A stretch of DNA of 64,000 nucleotides from an uncultured Gammaproteobacteria bacterium (GTDB taxonomy: Bacteria; Pseudomonadota; Gammaproteobacteria; Arenicellales; CAJQKF01): assembly GCA_905478855.1 (NCBI GenBank), contig CAJQKF010000053.1, positions 1,117 through 65,116 of the forward strand, in the 5' to 3' direction. Positions 59,709-64,000 of the stretch are shown here, piece by piece. Position numbers and translations under genes: made by a program. The notes beneath the pieces were generated by a model, which worked only from the letters and a program-made list of their open reading frames with translations, was not told where the DNA came from and did not search any database. How positions within the stretch are numbered: the stretch's first letter is position 1; the number at the start of each line of letters is the position of its first letter.

Positions 59709-60641
59709 TTAGATATAGGTGAGCCAATCGCTGTGTTTTTCAGAACGGCCTTCCACACAATCGAAATAAGCTGTTTGGATCATTTCAGTAATTGGGCCTC
59801 GGCTGCCATTGCCGATTTTGCGTCCATCAAGTTCACGTACTGGGGTTACCTCGGCTGCGGTGCCAGTAAAGAATACTTCATCTGCTATGTATACTTCGTC
59901 CCGGGTAATACGCTTTTCTTTTAAAGGAATATCCATTTCTGCCAGAAGTTGCATGACTGTATCGCGAGTAATACCCTCAAGGGCAGAGGTTAAATCCGGT
60001 GTGTAGACAACGCCGTCTCGAACAACAAATACATTCTCCCCTGAACCTTCCATAACATAACCTTCAGAATCCAGAAGGAGTGCTTCGTCGCAGCCGGATG
60101 CGATGGCTTCTTGTAGTGCAAGAATGGAGTTAATATAGTTACCGCACGCTTTTGCGCGACACATAGTGATATTGACGTGATGTCGGGTAAACGAAGAAGT
60201 GCGTATTTTGATGCCCTTTTCCATGCCTTCTTCACCTAGATAGGCGCCCCATTCCCAAGCGGCTATGGCTACATGTGTTTTTAACATGTCGGCGCGAATA
60301 CCCATGCCTTCAGAACCATAGTATGCTAGCGGTCGCAAATAACCGGATTCTAGGTTATTACCTCTTACGACATCCACCTGCGCCTTATTTAATAATTCTT
60401 TCTCATACGGCATATCCATGGCGAGAATATGTGCCGAACGGAATAATCGATCAGTGTGCTCCTGTAAACGAAAGATGGCCGTTCCTTGGGCGGTTTTATA
60501 AGCACGAACTCCCTCAAATACGCCTAACCCATAGTGTAAGGAGTGGGTGAGAATATGCGTAGTTGCATTACGCCAAGGAATAAGTTCGCCATCTGACCAG
60601 ATAACGCCGTCACGATCGGAAAAAGACTGTGGCATGTTCAC
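59709..60641 (-). CDS. ilvE: branched-chain amino acid aminotransferase
   Basis: 310 aa. It has HSLHYGLGVFEGVRAY, ..YLRP.. and EGSGENVF, with fold-type IV PLP motifs. Confidence 0.9.
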   Translation of the reverse strand: MNMPQSFSDRDGVIWSDGELIPWRNATTHILTHSLHYGLGVFEGVRAYKTAQGTAIFRLQEHTDRLFRSAHILAMDMPYEKELLNKAQVDVVRGNNLESGYLRPLAYYGSEGMGIRADMLKTHVAIAAWEWGAYLGEEGMEKGIKIRTSSFTRHHVNITMCRAKACGNYINSILALQEAIASGCDEALLLDSEGYVMEGSGENVFVVRDGVVYTPDLTSALEGITRDTVMQLLAEMDIPLKEKRITRDEVYIADEVFFTGTAAEVTPVRELDGRKIGNGSRGPITEMIQTAYFDCVEGRSEKHSDWLTYI

Positions 60642-60741
60642 GAAAAATAAACCCCGGATTAATTAGATAGATAAAGATCTGGTTTTGTAAAAGATGGGTG
60701 TAGTGTTGTCAAGTCGAATTAATCAACTTTATGTTACACCC

Positions 60742-61146
60742 TCACGTATTTCTCAGCATGTGAGCGACCGCACAAACAGCATCGCGACCGTAAGGTCGGA
60801 GTCGGCTGTCGATTTGGCTTGGTTGAATATCTGGCCCTAAAATCCCCACACCGATAGGTTTCAGTAGTTCGACTTGCATGGCAATGATTGCATTTATGGC
60901 ACCCTGTGCCATGACAAACCCATGACTGGTCTCGCCTTTTTCGATAATGCCTAGTGCGACGGCGCCATCAATATCGTCTCGCATCAAGAGCTTTTTTAGG
61001 GCGAGTGGCTTTTCCATGGATCCTGGTACCCAGGTTTCATCAACGATAGTTAGATCTAGCTCAGATGCCGTTTTTCTGGCTTCTTCGAGCATGATTTCTA
61101 TTTGGGCTTTGTGAAAGGAACCAAGTACGATAGCGATATTGGACAT
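60742..61146 (-). CDS. divergent lumazine-synthase (RibH) family protein
   Basis: 134 aa, alignable by eye to E. coli RibH: IAIVLGSFH vs IAIARFN, VPGSMEKPLA vs VPGAYELPLA, DGAVALGIIEKGETSHGFV vs [20 protein letters not shown]. It is shorter, and key residues are replaced. Confidence 0.5.
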   Translation of the reverse strand: MSNIAIVLGSFHKAQIEIMLEEARKTASELDLTIVDETWVPGSMEKPLALKKLLMRDDIDGAVALGIIEKGETSHGFVMAQGAINAIIAMQVELLKPIGVGILGPDIQPSQIDSRLRPYGRDAVCAVAHMLRNT

Positions 61147-61205
61147 TGCAGAAGTGTTTTATCAGTTTTGCGAGTAATTAGGGCAGCGCATGGTACCATT
61201 ATTGC

Positions 61206-62045
61206 ATGACTGTTTCGAATACAAATCCAGCAAAAACTGTAACTGACCGTTGCCTATACGATGTTGATATTGAGCGCCGCTTTGGCGGTATTTCACGATT
61301 GTACGGGCGGCAGGCCTTGCAACAGTTTACTCAAGCCCGTATTTGTATCATAGGCATAGGTGGTGTTGGTTCCTGGGTGGTTGAGGCTTTTGCTCGCAGT
61401 GGCATCGGCGCCATGGCGTTAATTGATATGGACCATGTTTCGGAATCTAACGTTAATCGACAGCTACATGCAATGAGTAGCACCTTGGGTATGGCGAAAA
61501 TAAAAGCCATGGCAGCCAGAATAGAAGATATCAATCCGCACTGCAGTTTAGAGCTTGTTGACGACTTTGTAACCGCAGAGAATACTCGAGAATTGCTCGC
61601 TGAAGGGTATGATTACGTGATTGATTGCGCAGATAATTTCCGCGTAAAAGCCGCTATTATTGCCTGTTGTAAGCGCAATAAAGTGCGTGCCATAACGATT
61701 GGTGGTGCTGGTGGACGTATTGATCCTGGGGCTATTAAAGTAACTGATTTAGCGCGTTCAGAGCATGATCCGTTGTTATCCCAAGTTCGCAAACGGTTGA
61801 GGCGTCATCATGGTTTTAGCCGAAACTTATCCAGACGATTTGATGTGCCCTGTGTTTTTTCGAACGAACAGGCGCGGTACTCAATTGGCGATGGCAGTAT
61901 TTCACCGGATAAATCGAAGATTGACCGCGGTGTGGGTCTGAATTGCGGAGGAGCCTTGGGCTCAGCCACTCATGTTACGGCGGCGTTTGGTTTTGCTGCA
62001 GTTGCTCATGTATTAAACCGATTATCAGCCGGGGCGGAATCGTGA
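61206..62045 (+). CDS. tcdA: tRNA threonylcarbamoyladenosine dehydratase (TcdA/CsdL, ThiF-MoeB fold)
   Basis: 279 aa. It has RFGGISRLYG..ICIIGIGGVGSWVVEAFARSGIG..LIDMDHV..SNVNRQ. Confidence 0.85.
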   Translation: MTVSNTNPAKTVTDRCLYDVDIERRFGGISRLYGRQALQQFTQARICIIGIGGVGSWVVEAFARSGIGAMALIDMDHVSESNVNRQLHAMSSTLGMAKIKAMAARIEDINPHCSLELVDDFVTAENTRELLAEGYDYVIDCADNFRVKAAIIACCKRNKVRAITIGGAGGRIDPGAIKVTDLARSEHDPLLSQVRKRLRRHHGFSRNLSRRFDVPCVFSNEQARYSIGDGSISPDKSKIDRGVGLNCGGALGSATHVTAAFGFAAVAHVLNRLSAGAES

Positions 62046-63562
62046 CAGATATTATATTAGCCACTATTAACGCGCGGTATCACCATGCTTCTCTTGGATT
62101 ACGTTATCTAAAGGCAAATCTCGCCGAGTTAGAGGATCGTTGTGAATTAATGGAGTTTACTCTAGAGGTAAGAGCCGCAGATATTGCCGAACAACTATTA
62201 TCCGTATCGCCGTTAATAGTGGGCTTGGGCGTGTATATTTGGAATGTCGAGGAAAGCCATGCGCTGGCAGCGGTTATAAAAAAGGTTTCTCCGTTAACTA
62301 AAATTGTACTGGGTGGTCCGGAGGTTGGTTTCGTTAATGATTTGCCCGATGTAGCGCAATACGCAGACTACATCATTGCGGGACAGGCAGATTTTGCATT
62401 TAGGGATTTATGCCGGAGCTTGCTTGATGATGATGCACCGCCGGAAAAATTTATTCAGGCCGTAAACCCCAAGCTACAAGAACTTCGTCTGCCTTACGAT
62501 TTGTATACCGACGAAGATTTGCGCAATCGTCTGATTTACGTTGAAGCATCTCGTGGCTGCCCATTTAAGTGCGAATTCTGTATTTCTTCTCTGGATCGTA
62601 CCGCATGGAATTTTGATTTGGATCGATTCCTTATTGCACTAGATTCTCTCTACGACCGTGGGTTGAGAAATTTTAAATTTGTAGATCGAACATTTAACCT
62701 CAAATTATCTACTACACGCAGAATTCTTGAGTATTTTCTGGAGAAAGAAGATCCGAGTCTGTTCTTACATTTTGAACTTATACCGGATCGGCTACCAGAC
62801 GCCTTGCGGGAATATTTATTAAGGTTTCGCGAGGGTATGTTGCAATTTGAAATTGGTGTGCAGACATTTAATTTTGATGTGCAGAATCTTATTAGTCGGC
62901 AGCAGGATGACCAAAAAACCATTGAGAATATGGGATGGATTACGAGTAACACCCAGGCCCATGTGCATGCGGATCTTATTTTCGGCTTGCCTGGCGAAGA
63001 TTTGGCGAGTTTTGGCCGGGGTTTTAACAAGTTGCACAGTTTAGGGCCCCATGAAATCCAACTTGGTATTTTGAAACGACTGCGTGGTACGCCAATTATT
63101 CGTCATGAGAAGGCCTATCAGTTGTGTTTTGATCCTTTGCCTCCGTATAGTATCTTATCGACTTCACTGGTTGATTTTGCTACCACGCAACGTATTCAAC
63201 GTTTTGCGCGTTATTGGGATCTAATCGCTAATTCGGGTCGATTTGGTAGCACACTTAAACTCCTTCCATCTGAAACACTTTTTGAATCATTTCTCATCTT
63301 GAGTGATTGGCTTTATGAGCATTCGGGTAAGACCCATCGTATTTCTCTAACAAGGTTATTCGAATTACTGCTGCTCGCATTGGTCGCATTGGGCTATAGA
63401 GAAAAAGCCGTCACAGATAGCTTATTGAAAGATTTCGAAAATAGTGGACATAAAGGTAGATTATCGTTTTCACCTAAAACCGGTCGGCAGCGATCCGGTC
63501 TTCTGCCGTCTGGTCACAATAAGCGACAAACCAGACATCAAATTGCCAATCAAACAGCCTAA
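62042..63562 (+). CDS. B12-binding-domain radical SAM protein (DUF4080-type C-terminus)
   Basis: GTG 62042 overlaps the tcdA stop (GTGA). The N-terminal domain is B12-binding-like. The radical SAM cluster motif is ASRGCPFKCEFC (CxxxCxxC). The track start at 61943 lies inside tcdA. Confidence 0.7.
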   Translation: MTDIILATINARYHHASLGLRYLKANLAELEDRCELMEFTLEVRAADIAEQLLSVSPLIVGLGVYIWNVEESHALAAVIKKVSPLTKIVLGGPEVGFVNDLPDVAQYADYIIAGQADFAFRDLCRSLLDDDAPPEKFIQAVNPKLQELRLPYDLYTDEDLRNRLIYVEASRGCPFKCEFCISSLDRTAWNFDLDRFLIALDSLYDRGLRNFKFVDRTFNLKLSTTRRILEYFLEKEDPSLFLHFELIPDRLPDALREYLLRFREGMLQFEIGVQTFNFDVQNLISRQQDDQKTIENMGWITSNTQAHVHADLIFGLPGEDLASFGRGFNKLHSLGPHEIQLGILKRLRGTPIIRHEKAYQLCFDPLPPYSILSTSLVDFATTQRIQRFARYWDLIANSGRFGSTLKLLPSETLFESFLILSDWLYEHSGKTHRISLTRLFELLLLALVALGYREKAVTDSLLKDFENSGHKGRLSFSPKTGRQRSGLLPSGHNKRQTRHQIANQTA

Positions 63563-63713
63563 TGGCAATTTCAACGAAGTAGTTTGTCGGTTTTTGGGTG
63601 GTTCGCATTATTGTAATTGACTGTACAATTAGGCTATTGAGATCTTAACGTTAGTTCGACGATTTACTATTCGAATTAGCCATAGAAATAATTTGTAGTG
63701 TGGAGAGTTTTAC

Positions 63714-64000
63714 GTGATTAATCAGCTTCAGGTTCACCAGTTTGCGTGCTTATCCGATAATTACGGGTATTTGATTCACGATCCCGTTCATAAAGTAACG
63801 GCCGCCATTGATACCCCCGATGCGGATGCCTATTTTGCTGAGCTCGATAAGATGGGCTGGCGACTAACGCATATTTTTAACACTCATCATCACGCAGATC
63901 ATGCCGGCGGTAATCTTGCTCTAAAGGAAATGACCGGCTGTGAAATTACCGGGGCGGCTAATGATGCGCATCGCATTCCGGGGATAGACGTTAGGGTAGC
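63714..64000 (+). CDS. gloB: hydroxyacylglutathione hydrolase (glyoxalase II), N-terminal part; continues beyond the window
   Basis: My own translation from GTG 63714 (SD GGAGAG upstream) is VINQLQVHQFACLSDNYGYLIHD..IDTPDA..IFNTHHHADHAGGN. It has the MBL HxHxDH motif and a GloB-type N-terminus. Confidence 0.8.
   Translation, partial: MINQLQVHQFACLSDNYGYLIHDPVHKVTAAIDTPDADAYFAELDKMGWRLTHIFNTHHHADHAGGNLALKEMTGCEITGAANDAHRIPGIDVRV

Noticed and set aside
1-64000. Searched by eye for CRISPR arrays, IS elements, integrases, phage genes, rRNA/tRNA genes and known defence systems.
   Set aside because: None found. Intergenic spacers are short and non-repetitive, and every large ORF has another assignment. 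A computational repeat and tRNA scan (tRNAscan-SE, MinCED, ISEScan) would be needed to be definitive.

Overview
Chromosomal segment with a gammaproteobacterial gene complement: E. coli/Pseudomonas-like UvrD, GlnE, SrkA and WaaF/WaaG/WaaP, plus ectoine and histidine catabolism that suggests a marine or halotolerant organism (taxonomy is inference only). Most of the window is housekeeping or catabolic. It contains uvrD (partial)-folA-thyA, a PBP-type transpeptidase, aroE, metY, glnE, pdxJ, thrC and a StcD-like flavoprotein followed by pxpBCA. It also holds an ehuBCDA-doeB-eutA-doeA ectoine-type uptake/catabolism cluster with a GntR regulator and a threonine aldolase, the hutH-hutF / hutI-hutC-hutU histidine utilisation locus, srkA, an LPS core region, ilvE, tcdA, a B12-radical SAM gene and gloB (partial). 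The LPS core region carries an AT-rich membrane protein, a choline-kinase-like gene, an LPS kinase, a WaaG-WaaP fusion, galE and waaF. No rRNA, tRNA, CRISPR array, transposase or integrase was found. The strongest candidate for something undescribed is a ~1540-aa RHS/YD-repeat polymorphic toxin (26890-31500). After the canonical DPxGL core terminus it carries a 130-aa C-terminal domain with no motif I can recognise. A tightly coupled AT-rich 131-aa four-helix membrane protein, the presumptive immunity factor, follows it. The protein has a Sec-type N-terminus, and no T6SS, PAAR or VgrG gene lies in the window. Secondary points of interest: a natural WaaG::WaaP fusion, waaF lacking a canonical start codon, a split or frameshifted secreted-protein gene, and a 106-aa minimal K+ channel. 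Others are a eukaryote-like phosphoethanolamine N-methyltransferase homologue, an atypical ectoine cluster complement, and a demethylase-like flavoprotein coupled to 5-oxoprolinase genes.
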